A stretch of DNA of 63,890 nucleotides, filler included, from Kipferlia bialata (Eukaryota), in NCBI GenBank assembly GCA_003568945.1. It is 5 parts of 5 records of this genome, joined end to end, with 100 filler letters (N's around TTAATTAATTAA, not from the genome) between each part and the next. Parts side by side here need not be neighbours in the genome. Positions count along the whole stretch, not along the records: positions 59,248 to 63,890 come from BDIP01000607.1; 4 more parts are not named here. One strand, given 5' to 3'. Under the pieces are notes generated by a model, which saw nothing but the letters and a program-made list of their open reading frames with translations, made no database searches and had not been told where the DNA came from. Positions 63,864 to 63,890 of this stretch are shown here, in pieces; positions within the stretch are counted from its first letter, which is position 1, and each line of letters opens with the position of its first letter. The position numbers were made by a program, and so were the translations under genes.

Positions 63864-63890
63864 CCCCCCCCCCCCCCCCCCCCTCCTCTC

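Overview
Eukaryotic, extremely intron-dense genomic DNA, not prokaryotic. The window is five unrelated contigs (1-16758, 16859-33599, 33700-50417, 50518-59147, 59248-63890) joined by artificial 100-nt spacers (44 N + TTAATTAATTAA + 44 N), so adjacency across spacers means nothing. Most supplied six-frame ORFs are exon fragments or antisense noise. Short GT-AG introns ending in a fused branch-point/acceptor (ctcaccccag, ctgaccccag), (GA)n-encoded ERERER tracts and divergent kelch-like genes suggest a fornicate such as Kipferlia bialata (inference only). Manual splicing recovers: a kelch-repeat gene; a RING-H2 + ARM-like gene; the C-terminal half of Nup155/Nup170; a PEP-synthase-superfamily dikinase with rifampicin-phosphotransferase/PigC domain order; an AFG2/SPATA5-like double AAA ATPase; two related kelch-like genes; the ribosome-maturation GTPase EFL1; an ARM-repeat gene; Mon1; an NHL-repeat gene; and several hypothetical genes. 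Two signals stand out. First, tandem duplications of exon-intron junctions, mostly spaced ~90-135 nt apart, are pervasive and fill introns with decaying decoy splice sites. Second, a prokaryote-type RPH/PigC-architecture dikinase carries about 22 spliceosomal introns. Exon boundaries were read by eye and are approximate.
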